In this document: one piece after another, positions 37,390-45,341 of the stretch | Layout of the letters: every line of letters begins with the position of its first letter | Numbering within the stretch: the stretch's first letter is position 1 | Source of the DNA: Methanobacteriota archaeon | GTDB lineage: Archaea > Undinarchaeota > Undinarchaeia > Undinarchaeales > Undinarchaeaceae | DNA: 64,000 nucleotides | NCBI GenBank assembly: GCA_002687935.1 | Contig: NZBN01000002.1 | Span: 1-64,000 of the forward strand | Direction of reading: 5' to 3' | Translations under genes and position numbers: made by a program | The notes under the pieces: model-generated | The model's database searches: none | Told to the model about the DNA's origin: nothing | The model's input: the letters and a program-made list of their open reading frames with translations, nothing else

Positions 37390-37944
37390 ATGCCAGTAAT
37401 TACTATCGGCGGTCCACCTGGGGCAGGAACTACCACTATTGCTAAAGCATTGGCTGAACATTTTTCTTTAAGATATATCTCAACTGGGGATATTTTTAGA
37501 AAAATTGCAAAAGACCGTGGTATAAGTCTTAATGAGCTCAATAAGACTGCAGAAAGAGAAGTTGATGAATTGGTTGACAAACGCAGTAGAGAGGAAGGGC
37601 TTGCAGGTGATGTTGTAATTGACGGTGATATTGCCGCGTGGATAAATCCTGATGCTGAGTTTAAATTCTATTTCACAGCATCTCTGGAAACTCGTGCAAA
37701 GAGGATTTTTGGGGATTCAAAAATAAGACTTGCTGAAGAAAGGCAGACATTTGAAAATGTTGAAAGAAATATTGAGAAAAGGTTAGAGGATGACAAGCGT
37801 CGTTATATGGAATATTACAGTATAAATCTTGATGATATGTCAATATATGGTCTCGTTATTGACACAGAAACACTTTCTGTCGAAGACGTTATAAAGACGG
37901 CAATAGACTATATTGAAGGGAAGGGAGTTGATAATGATGATTGA
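37390..37944 (+). CDS. cmk: Archaeal cytidylate kinase
   Basis: ITIGGPPGAGTTT, STGDIFR, Y.INLDD.SIY.LVIDT. Confidence 0.95.
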   Translation: MPVITIGGPPGAGTTTIAKALAEHFSLRYISTGDIFRKIAKDRGISLNELNKTAEREVDELVDKRSREEGLAGDVVIDGDIAAWINPDAEFKFYFTASLETRAKRIFGDSKIRLAEERQTFENVERNIEKRLEDDKRRYMEYYSINLDDMSIYGLVIDTETLSVEDVIKTAIDYIEGKGVDNDD

Positions 37945-38302
37945 TGTTGGAAGAGTATGTACAAAGACTGCAGGAAGGGAAAACGGTAATATTTGTCTTG
38001 TAATCGAAAATATTGATGATATATTTGCAATAGTGGCCGGACCTAGTGTAAAGAAAAAAAGGTGTAATGTAAAACATCTTTCTCAACTTCCTAGGAAGCT
38101 CCTTGTTTCTAAAGGGGCTTCACAGGCTGATGCATCTCGGATTCTTGCAGAGGCAGGTCTTGTAGAGGGACTTGAAGTAAAGTCTCCTAAGAAAGAAGAA
38201 AAAAAAGCCCCTAAAAAACCTGTAAAGAAGGCTGAAAAAACCAAAGCTGTCAAAACAAGTAAAAAACCGGCAACGAAGAAAGCTCTTCCCACAAAAAAGT
38301 AG
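37934..38302 (+). CDS. rpl14e: Ribosomal protein eL14 with basic tail
   Basis: GRVCTKTAGRE, KKKRCNVKHL; track start 37913. Confidence 0.9.
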   Translation: MMIDVGRVCTKTAGRENGNICLVIENIDDIFAIVAGPSVKKKRCNVKHLSQLPRKLLVSKGASQADASRILAEAGLVEGLEVKSPKKEEKKAPKKPVKKAEKTKAVKTSKKPATKKALPTKK

Positions 38303-38308
38303 GTAGTT

Positions 38309-39289
38309 ATGAATTCTGGAAAGCTTCCCTTTGAGAGAGAGAGAGAAATACTAATTCGCAAGGAGGAAGAGACTAATCCTGACTTGGGTTCTTCTCCGGA
38401 TGAAAGAAGCATTGAAGAACTTCTTAAAGCTTGTATAATTAATATTGACAAGTCGGCAGGTCCCACGTCTGCTAGAATTACTGATTTTGTCAAGGAAATT
38501 ATAGGCACAAAAAAATGTGGACACTCAGGAACTTTGGACCCAGGTGTTACTGGCGTTTTTCCTGTTGGTGTCGGAAGTGGAACTAAAGCTCTCCATTCTC
38601 TTCTTATAGCAGGGAAGGAATATCTCACTCTTATGCGTTTGCACGAAGAAATTTCTGAAAGAAAACTAAAAAAAGTTCTCAAAAGATTCACCACAAAACT
38701 ATATCAGACTCCTCCCATAAAATCAAATGTCAAAAGAGTTCTCAGAGTCAGAGAAGTATATTATACTAAACTCATTGAGTCCGAAGGAAAGGATGCACTG
38801 TTCACTGTTGGCTGTGAAGCCGGGACTTATATTCGGAGACTTTGTTATGACATTGGAGAAGTAACTGGTTCTGGCGCTCACATGCAGCAGTTGAGAAGAA
38901 CTCGTGTGGCAAACTTTGACGAAACTACTCTTGTTACATTACAGCAATTAAAGGATGCATTTGTTTTCTGGAAAGAAGGGGATGAAAGTGAACTTAGAAA
39001 GACATTACTTCCTATTGAATCTGCATTATCCCATCTTCCAAAAGTGGTAATAAGTGATTTCGCAATTCCTTCAGTAACAACTGGTGCACAGCTTGCCGTT
39101 CCTGGCATACTTAGTGTAGAGTCAGGTATATCTCCAGGGGAATTAGTGGCTGTTCTAAGTCAAAAAGGTGAGGGAGTTCTCTATGGTTCGGCTCTTGTTT
39201 CTTCTGAAGATATGATATCAATGAAAAAGGGGCTTGCAGTCAAGACAGAAAGAGTTCTTATGAATCCCTCAACATATTCAACAAAATGA
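38309..39289 (+). CDS. cbf5: H/ACA pseudouridine synthase Cbf5
   Basis: IDKSAGPTS, GHSGTLDPGVTG, CEAGTYIR, PUA domain. Confidence 0.96.
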   Translation: MNSGKLPFEREREILIRKEEETNPDLGSSPDERSIEELLKACIINIDKSAGPTSARITDFVKEIIGTKKCGHSGTLDPGVTGVFPVGVGSGTKALHSLLIAGKEYLTLMRLHEEISERKLKKVLKRFTTKLYQTPPIKSNVKRVLRVREVYYTKLIESEGKDALFTVGCEAGTYIRRLCYDIGEVTGSGAHMQQLRRTRVANFDETTLVTLQQLKDAFVFWKEGDESELRKTLLPIESALSHLPKVVISDFAIPSVTTGAQLAVPGILSVESGISPGELVAVLSQKGEGVLYGSALVSSEDMISMKKGLAVKTERVLMNPSTYSTK

Positions 39290-39966
39290 GCACTGAAGAA
39301 CAACAAGAGCATTATTACAAGGAAAAGACAAAGATTCCTCTTCATCTCGGAGAAGTTTCTGCTTTAATCAAAGGTACTGAACTAAAGTTATTTTCTTCTC
39401 CCCCTGTATTTTCTTGGAGGCAAATTGACAAAGGCAGTCTTATTATGGCCGAGAATATGCTTATTCCTGAAGGGCAGGGAAAGCTTCTTGATATGGGCTG
39501 TGGTTATGGGGTTCTCGGTATTTTTGCAGCTCTTCAGAATCCTCTACTCGAGGTGCAGATGGTTGATTCAAGCGAGCGTGCTGTGTATCTGACAAAGAAA
39601 AACATTCGGAAATATGGTCTTGGTTCGCGTGTCACAGTTGTTCAGGGAAATTTGTTTGAAAAGCTTGAGGATAAAGATTTTGATACTATTGTCTCAAATC
39701 CGCCTTATTCTGCTGGGAAGGATGTGGTTGAACGCTTGATTGCTGATTCTCCTGCTTATTTGGCTGAAGTGGGTACGCTTCAAATTGTAGGCCGGCATTC
39801 CAAAGGCGGTAAAATGTATAGAGACTACATTAAAGAGGCATTTACTTATGAGTTTGAGTTTGGAAAACAGAGTGGATTTCGTATATATCTTGGGAGTAAA
39901 AAAGATATACCTGAACTACGAGAGGATAAAGAGTCTATACTGGAGTCTTACTCCACGGACGAATAA
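39286..39966 (+). CDS. Class I SAM-dependent methyltransferase (RsmC-like)
   Basis: VFSW..IDKGS, LLDMGCGYG, VSNPPY. Confidence 0.9.
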   Translation: MSTEEQQEHYYKEKTKIPLHLGEVSALIKGTELKLFSSPPVFSWRQIDKGSLIMAENMLIPEGQGKLLDMGCGYGVLGIFAALQNPLLEVQMVDSSERAVYLTKKNIRKYGLGSRVTVVQGNLFEKLEDKDFDTIVSNPPYSAGKDVVERLIADSPAYLAEVGTLQIVGRHSKGGKMYRDYIKEAFTYEFEFGKQSGFRIYLGSKKDIPELREDKESILESYSTDE

Positions 39967-39989
39967 AGTTCCGATAATGGACTAATACT

Positions 39990-40073
39990 GCCGAGGTCGC
40001 ATAATCTGGTATTGCGCTACCCTGGAAAGGTAGTTTCCTTCGGGATGTGTGAGTTCAAATCTCACCCTCGGCG
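39990..40073 (+). tRNA. tRNA-Ser(GGA)
   Basis: GCCGAGG/CCTCGGC acceptor, CTACC-CTGGAAA-GGTAG anticodon arm, long variable arm with UUCG, GTTCAAATC, discriminator G. Confidence 0.96.
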
Positions 40074-40113
40074 CTTCGTTACTTTTTTTATATGGGGACG
40101 TACTAGTTATTTT

Positions 40114-40254
40114 ATGGCAAAAACAGATCCTGTAAAATTAACTTCTTCAATTTTAGAAGCAGTTGATATTGCTTCAGAAAATAATAAAGCTCTTAATCCT
40201 GCTTATAGTGCAATTCCTTTCAATAAACTGTATTTATATACTGTAAGTCTATAG
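40114..40254 (+). CDS. Hypothetical 46-aa protein
   Basis: MAKTDPVK...YTVSL*; TTTTTATA about 22 nt upstream (leaderless geometry); track ORF 40012 overlaps the tRNA. Confidence 0.35.
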   Translation: MAKTDPVKLTSSILEAVDIASENNKALNPAYSAIPFNKLYLYTVSL

Positions 40255-40304
40255 CAAATAGGTGGCATTGGCTAAATAGGTCTAAAATATTCCACAATTT
40301 CGTA

Positions 40305-40829
40305 ATGAGGCACCAGTGGGTACCCATTTACTTTATTCCACATTCGCGCAGTTTCTCGTCCAAGCGTGGCTTTGCCGAATCACGACTTAGAAGGCGTCTT
40401 GAAAAACAGGGCTGGTCTGTCTGGAAAGGTCTCCTGGTTGGTGCTGTACGAATGCAAGATGATTATTCAACTGCAACGGAAAAGTATGAATTACTTTCTA
40501 AATTTTTAGAAAAACATAGTGCGGAGCTTCTGGAAAAACTCCAATATTATTGTTCTGTTCATTTTGGCTTTCCTGATTTTATCTGTAACAAAGGTAGGGA
40601 ATGGAAATTTGTTGAATGTAAGTTGGGCTATGAGCCTCTCAGTGAAAAACAGAAAAAATGTATAATGGAGCTTCAGCTTCTAGGTCTTAATGTTGAGGTT
40701 CATAAACTAGTCAGTAGCCATACAGGAACTCAGTCTGCAATGGTAAATTTAAAAGGAACTGGTAAAATAATAACTCGAAAACAACTAACTCTTAATGACA
40801 GGCTCTTTAGCAGGTGCCAAAACATATAA
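40305..40829 (+). CDS. VRR-NUC / Hjc-like PD-(D/E)xK nuclease
   Basis: AESRLRRRLEKQGWSV helix-strand, GFPDF, FVECK, LSEKQ. Confidence 0.75.
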   Translation: MRHQWVPIYFIPHSRSFSSKRGFAESRLRRRLEKQGWSVWKGLLVGAVRMQDDYSTATEKYELLSKFLEKHSAELLEKLQYYCSVHFGFPDFICNKGREWKFVECKLGYEPLSEKQKKCIMELQLLGLNVEVHKLVSSHTGTQSAMVNLKGTGKIITRKQLTLNDRLFSRCQNI

Positions 40830-40856
40830 AACATCCATCTCTAAATTTAGCTACTC

Positions 40857-41018
40857 ATGTTAAAAGAACTAAGGAAAAAATTACAAAATCTTAGCAAGAT
40901 AAAGAATTGTCCAGCATGCAGTTCTAAGGATATTACTTATGATTCTAAGGGTAAAGCACATCTCTGCAATGATTGTGGTGTAGATATTCAGGCTACTATT
41001 TCTTCTAAAACTGAGTGA
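40857..41018 (+). CDS. Stand-alone TFIIB-type zinc-ribbon protein (not in ORF track)
   Basis: MLKELRKKLQNLSKIKNCPACSSKDITYDSKGKAHLCNDCGVDIQATISSKTE*; TATAAA 26 nt upstream. Confidence 0.7.
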   Translation: MLKELRKKLQNLSKIKNCPACSSKDITYDSKGKAHLCNDCGVDIQATISSKTE

Positions 41019-41045
41019 TTTTAGGTCCTTTCTATATAGATAAAG

Positions 41046-41053
41046 TATATAAA
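41046..41053 (+). promoter_or_regulatory. TATA box upstream of the tandem ncRNA
   Basis: TATATAAA preceded by a purine-rich BRE-like stretch, 20 nt before copy 1. Confidence 0.65.
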
Positions 41054-41073
41054 GTCCTATGTACTAGGAGATG

Positions 41074-41174
41074 TGCTAGGAGGTGAAGGCAGCGCAAACC
41101 TTCGGGGGTGCGCTTTGAAGTGTTTCGAAAGAAACATGGATGTTGCTGTAAAAAGCAGGTCTTCGCTTTATAGC
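41074..41174 (+). ncRNA. Structured RNA of unrecognised family, copy 1 (four-way junction)
   Basis: P1 41083-90/41159-66, P2 with UUCG loop, P3 with GAAA loop, P4 with GUAAAA loop; covaries with copy 2. Confidence 0.8.
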
Positions 41175-41184
41175 TCCCATAAAA

Positions 41185-41286
41185 TGCTGGGAGGTGAAGG
41201 CAGTACAATTCTTCGGACTTGTACTCTGAAATATCTTGAAAGGGATATGGATGCTGCTGTAAAAAGCAAGTCTTCACAAAACAGCA
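41185..41286 (+). ncRNA. Structured RNA of unrecognised family, copy 2
   Basis: Offset 111 nt from copy 1, 25 substitutions, same fold, six compensatory pairs. Confidence 0.8.
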
Positions 41287-42030
41287 CTAAATTTTTGTTT
41301 GCTTAGCAACCTTTTCTGATTCTATTCTAGCCTTTTCACTATCTCCTAGATAGTAATGCTTTACAGGATTCAAATTATCATCTAGCTCATAAACAAGAGG
41401 AATTCCGGTTGGTATATTCAATTTCGTTATTTCCTCGTCTGATATCTTATCTAAATATTTTACAAGTGCCCTAAGGCTGTTTCCATGGGCGCATATTATC
41501 AATTTCTTACCTTCCTTTAATGATGGAGCAATTTTATCATTCCAATAAGGCAGTACTCTGTTAACAACATCTTCCAAACTTTCTGTGGCTGGCAGTTCAC
41601 CCTTTTCAAGTTTTGCGTAAAGTTCGTCATTTTTTGGATGCCTCTCGTCATCACCACTTAAAGTCGGTGGTCTAATGTCGTAACTTCTTCTCCACAGGAA
41701 GACTTTTTTCTCCCCCTCTTTCTCTGCAGTTTCTTTTTTGTTAAGTCCTTGGAGGGCCCCATAATGTCTTTCATTGAGTCGCCAGTTTTTGTATATAGGA
41801 ATTTCTGAGAGTCTCATTTCTTTTAAAACTATATCAAGAGTTTCTGTTGAACGTTTTAGAACTGAAGTATATGCTTCGTCAAAAGTATAGTTTCCTTCTG
41901 TCAAAAGTTTGGCAGACTCCTCTGCTTCCATTTTTCCTTTCTCCGTCAGTCCAACATCTGTCCAGCCGGTAAACTTGTTTTCAAGGTTCCATACACTTTC
42001 TCCGTGCCTGAGAAGTACCAGCTTTATCAT
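41287..42030 (-). CDS. gpmA: 2,3-bisphosphoglycerate-dependent phosphoglycerate mutase
   Basis: [38 protein letters not shown]. Confidence 0.97.
   Translation of the reverse strand: MIKLVLLRHGESVWNLENKFTGWTDVGLTEKGKMEAEESAKLLTEGNYTFDEAYTSVLKRSTETLDIVLKEMRLSEIPIYKNWRLNERHYGALQGLNKKETAEKEGEKKVFLWRRSYDIRPPTLSGDDERHPKNDELYAKLEKGELPATESLEDVVNRVLPYWNDKIAPSLKEGKKLIICAHGNSLRALVKYLDKISDEEITKLNIPTGIPLVYELDDNLNPVKHYYLGDSEKARIESEKVAKQTKI
41291..41300 (+). terminator. U-rich tract after the ncRNA pair
   Basis: ATTTTTGTTT just past copy 2, convergent with the gpmA 3' end. Confidence 0.35.
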
Positions 42031-42031
42031 A

Positions 42032-42718
42032 TTATATTTGGAAAAGGAGCCCTAGGTTGTAAGTCAAAGCAGTCGCGAATATGCCAATTGCTACCATTTC
42101 AAAACCTCCAACATACCATTTCTTCACTGTGAATTTGCTCTTCGTTGCCCCTCCTATGAAGAGTGCAATTGCTGTGAAAGTGATTGCGTATGGAAGTGCC
42201 TGGGCTGAAAGTGCAAATATCATGAAAGGTATTACAGGTATAATTGCTCCCAAAACAAAGGCAAGGCCTGTGTATCCTGCTGCCTTCCCGGGATTTTTAT
42301 CACTAACCTTTCCAAAACCGAGCTCTTCTTCCATCATTACTCTGAGCCATATTTCTTCATCAGATGTTATTACCTCAACAACTCTTTCTAAATCCTTCCC
42401 TTTGAATCCCTTCTTCGCATAAATGTCACGTATTTCCTGTCTCTCAACTTCAGGCATATCTAGTATTTCTTGTTTTTCTCGCTCAAGCTCCTTGTCATAA
42501 AGTTCAGAATTGGATTTAGTTGACAAGTAGTTGCTGGACATCATAGATATGGCTCCTGCTAGAACTTCAGCTATCCCTGCTATCAGAACAATTTTACTCT
42601 GAGCGACTGCCCCTGCTACACCTGCAATAAGAGCTAGGTTTGAGACAAGTCCGTCGTTGAGCCCCAGTATAGCGTCTCCTATGTATTTCTTTTCGTCAAT
42701 TAGATGGGCCTTTTCCAT
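42032..42718 (-). CDS. VIT1/CCC1 iron/manganese transporter
   Basis: [29 protein letters not shown]. Confidence 0.93.
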   Translation of the reverse strand: MEKAHLIDEKKYIGDAILGLNDGLVSNLALIAGVAGAVAQSKIVLIAGIAEVLAGAISMMSSNYLSTKSNSELYDKELEREKQEILDMPEVERQEIRDIYAKKGFKGKDLERVVEVITSDEEIWLRVMMEEELGFGKVSDKNPGKAAGYTGLAFVLGAIIPVIPFMIFALSAQALPYAITFTAIALFIGGATKSKFTVKKWYVGGFEMVAIGIFATALTYNLGLLFQI

Positions 42719-42771
42719 GCGAGAGCTTATTTAGGAATGGCATAAATATGTTTTGAACTATATAATCTAAA

Positions 42772-43470
42772 ATGATGCCAAAAATATATAGTGCAAGTCT
42801 TAAGGAAGTGGAGAAGCTTTCTGATGACGTCAGTTATTTCACTTTTAATTTGGACTCATCTATGTCGTTTGAGCCCGGGCAGTTTGTAATGCTTGCGATG
42901 GAGATAGATGGTGAGAAGGTAAAACGTGCATATTCTATAGTAAGCAGTCCGGAATCTACAAAGGAGCTTGGCTTCTGTATCAAAGTTTTGAAAGACGGAA
43001 AACTTTCTCCTGCCCTAAACTCCATTAAAAAAGGTGATTTGGTGGAGATCCAGGGACCTTATGGTAAATTTTCTCTATCTGAACCTAAACTTGATCAGCT
43101 TTTTATAGCTGCAGGAACTGGTGTGGCCCCCTTACTTCCTATGCTGAAATCTTATCTTGAAAATGAGTCTGGAAATGTAAGTCTGCTTTTTGGTTTCAGG
43201 CACGAAAACGACTTCCTTTTCAGAGAGGAGCTTGAGGCTCTTCTTTCAAAATATTCTAATTTTACACTGATCCCTGTGATGAGCCGTCCATCTGAGTCCT
43301 GGACTGGTCTGAAAGGACACGTTACAGTTTATGTTGCAGATAATGTGCATGATTCCAGCCGTACAATTGCGTACATCTGCGGTCGAAATGAAATGGTGCT
43401 CGATGTCAGAAAAGCCCTGATTGAGGCGGGTCTAAGTCCTGAGAGAATAAAAATTGATAATTGGGGATAA
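42772..43470 (+). CDS. Ferredoxin-NADP reductase family FAD/NAD(P) oxidoreductase
   Basis: PGQF, RAYSI, GKLS, GPYG, AAGTGVAP, YICG. Confidence 0.9.
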   Translation: MMPKIYSASLKEVEKLSDDVSYFTFNLDSSMSFEPGQFVMLAMEIDGEKVKRAYSIVSSPESTKELGFCIKVLKDGKLSPALNSIKKGDLVEIQGPYGKFSLSEPKLDQLFIAAGTGVAPLLPMLKSYLENESGNVSLLFGFRHENDFLFREELEALLSKYSNFTLIPVMSRPSESWTGLKGHVTVYVADNVHDSSRTIAYICGRNEMVLDVRKALIEAGLSPERIKIDNWG

Positions 43471-44916
43471 TTATCCCTTTAAAACACCAAGTGGAACTAA
43501 ACGCGCAACAATTTTTCCTATTCCAACTTCGTGCGATACTTTGACGACTTCGTCAATATCTTTATAGGCTCCAGGAGCTTCCTCTGAAACGCCTCTCCAG
43601 CTTGCAGACCTGACTAATATCCCTTTACTTTTCAAATCTTTCTGAACCTTTTCTCCTTTATACAATTTATTTGCCTGATGTCTGCTCATCAGACGTCCTG
43701 CTCCGTGTGCTGTGCTTCCGAATGTTTCCTTCATTCCGTCATCGGTTCCTACAAGAACATAGGAGGCAGTTCCCATGCTACCTGGTATCAGAATTGGTTG
43801 TCCGACATCTCTGTATATTTCAGGTATCTCTACATGTCCTGGACCAAAGGCTCTTGTTGCTCCCTTTCTGTGTACATAGACTTTTTTCATTTTGCCATCT
43901 ATTTCATGCTCTTCAAGTTTTGCCATATTATGACATACATCGTACATAAGTTTCAAATCAGAATTCGGAAATACTTTTTTGAATGAATTTCTTGCTTCAT
44001 ATGTCATAACTTGTCGGTTGCACCATCCAAAATTTGCAGCTGCACTCATGGCTTTGTAATAATCATTAGCTATATCAGTTCCAAGAGGTGCATATATCAA
44101 TTCTTTATCCTCAAGATTTTTGAATATCTTTGCTTGTTCTGTTTCCATTCTTCTCAAATAATCTGTACAGACTTGGTGACCAAGACCTCTTGAGCCTGAG
44201 TGTATCATTACAACAACTTGTCCTGCCTCTCTTATTCCAAACTTTTCTGCCGTTTTTTTATCAAAAATTTCTTCAACAGCCTGAATTTCTATGAAATGGT
44301 TTCCTGCACCTAATGAGCCAACTTGCTTACATCCTCGTTTTTTCGCACGGTCTGAAACTTTAGAAGAATCAGCCTGTGGCATCTTTCCGTTTTCTTCACA
44401 ACGTTCCTTGTCTTCTTCTGTTGCATAGCCCTTCTTAATTGCCCAGTCTATTCCAGTGTTCAAGACTTCCTCAAGTTCACTAGTTTCCAATTTTATTTTG
44501 GATTCAGAACCTACTCCGGTGTGTATGTTTTCATAAAGAACATTAAGTATCTCTCCCAATCTTTCGTTTACTTCATCTACAGTGAGATTGCTAGTTAATA
44601 CCCGTACTCCACAGTTTATGTCATACCCAATTCCACCTGGGCTGATAATTCCATTTTCTGCGTCAAATGCGGCCACACCTCCTATTGGAAAACCATAACC
44701 TTGGTGGGCATCGGGCATCATTATTGCGTGTTTGCAAATTCCAGGGAGTTTTGCCATATTAATTCCCTGTTCAAGTGCTCTGTCCTTTTCTATATCTGCC
44801 ATCAACTTTTCTGAAGCAAATACTTTAAGGGGAACTTTCATGTCCCCTTTTTTTTCAAATACATAGATATTTTCTGATTCTTTTTTCATATGTCTACAAC
44901 TACCTGCACCATACAC
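43471..44916 (-). CDS. rtcB: RNA ligase RtcB
   Basis: MPDAHQGYGFPIGG, DINCG, GNHF, HSGSRG, HRKGATRA, HGAGR, EEAPGAYK. Confidence 0.98.
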   Translation of the reverse strand: MYGAGSCRHMKKESENIYVFEKKGDMKVPLKVFASEKLMADIEKDRALEQGINMAKLPGICKHAIMMPDAHQGYGFPIGGVAAFDAENGIISPGGIGYDINCGVRVLTSNLTVDEVNERLGEILNVLYENIHTGVGSESKIKLETSELEEVLNTGIDWAIKKGYATEEDKERCEENGKMPQADSSKVSDRAKKRGCKQVGSLGAGNHFIEIQAVEEIFDKKTAEKFGIREAGQVVVMIHSGSRGLGHQVCTDYLRRMETEQAKIFKNLEDKELIYAPLGTDIANDYYKAMSAAANFGWCNRQVMTYEARNSFKKVFPNSDLKLMYDVCHNMAKLEEHEIDGKMKKVYVHRKGATRAFGPGHVEIPEIYRDVGQPILIPGSMGTASYVLVGTDDGMKETFGSTAHGAGRLMSRHQANKLYKGEKVQKDLKSKGILVRSASWRGVSEEAPGAYKDIDEVVKVSHEVGIGKIVARLVPLGVLKG

Positions 44917-45323
44917 TTTTCTGGCATGTCTTCCACTAACATATCGCTATATGTCATCGATTTTATATTTCCCGAGACTTGGTACTTTTTATTCCCTCTT
45001 TTGTAAATGTCTCCGCGTGCAAGAGCCTCCAGTGTATATCCTGCGTCTGCCTTTTCTATTTTAAGCTCCTTTATTTCATTAAGAAGGAAATTAGTGGTGT
45101 CTAATTGAAAAAGTAGTTCATCTAAATACTCATAAAGAACTTGGGACAGATCTTCTCCTTCTACTTCCACTCTTTTTTCAACATTTGGCTCAATTTTTTC
45201 TGTGTCAGTTATAATTCCAAACATAGCAAGAGCTGCGTTTGAAAAAGCTTCTTCCATAGTCTTTCCAAATGCTCTGAATTTCGCGTCTGCTGTATGTTCA
45301 AGATATTCGTATTTTTTCATCAT
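44886..45323 (-). CDS. Archease
   Basis: EHTAD, F.NAALAM, IKSMTY, VVVDI; adjacent to rtcB. Confidence 0.93.
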   Translation of the reverse strand: MMKKYEYLEHTADAKFRAFGKTMEEAFSNAALAMFGIITDTEKIEPNVEKRVEVEGEDLSQVLYEYLDELLFQLDTTNFLLNEIKELKIEKADAGYTLEALARGDIYKRGNKKYQVSGNIKSMTYSDMLVEDMPEKCMVQVVVDI

Positions 45324-45341
45324 AAGACTTAGATTAAATAT

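Noticed and set aside
38083-38694. 203-aa minus-strand ORF
   Set aside because: Antisense shadow of rpl14e and cbf5.
41031-41040. Perfect 10-bp palindrome TCTATATAGA upstream of the ncRNA promoter
   Set aside because: Short and AT-rich; expected by chance or simply a second TATA-like word.
41075-41093. Resemblance of GCUAGGAGGU..GAAGGCAGC to the 23S rRNA GTPase-associated centre
   Set aside because: Only short words match from memory; the covarying four-way fold is incompatible with H42-H44.
41074-41286. Hammerhead, hairpin ribozyme, glycine/THF/c-di-GMP riboswitch, or C/D box identity for the tandem RNA
   Set aside because: No CUGANGA/GAAA hammerhead core, no hairpin loop A/B sequences, no CUCUCAGG; CUGA/GAUG has no 3-nt k-turn bulge; no downstream same-strand gene to regulate. 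An Rfam search is still needed.
40074-41290. attR copy of the tRNA-Ser(GGA) 3' end bounding the islet
   Set aside because: Looked for CTCACCCTCGGC-like sequence downstream and did not find it; no integrase, so not called a mobile element.
41073-41306. 77-aa ORF with an internal 37-aa repeat (and the 81-aa antisense ORF 41032..41277)
   Set aside because: Differences between repeats are largely non-synonymous and preserve base pairing rather than codons; the 111-nt period being a multiple of 3 explains the apparent protein repeat.
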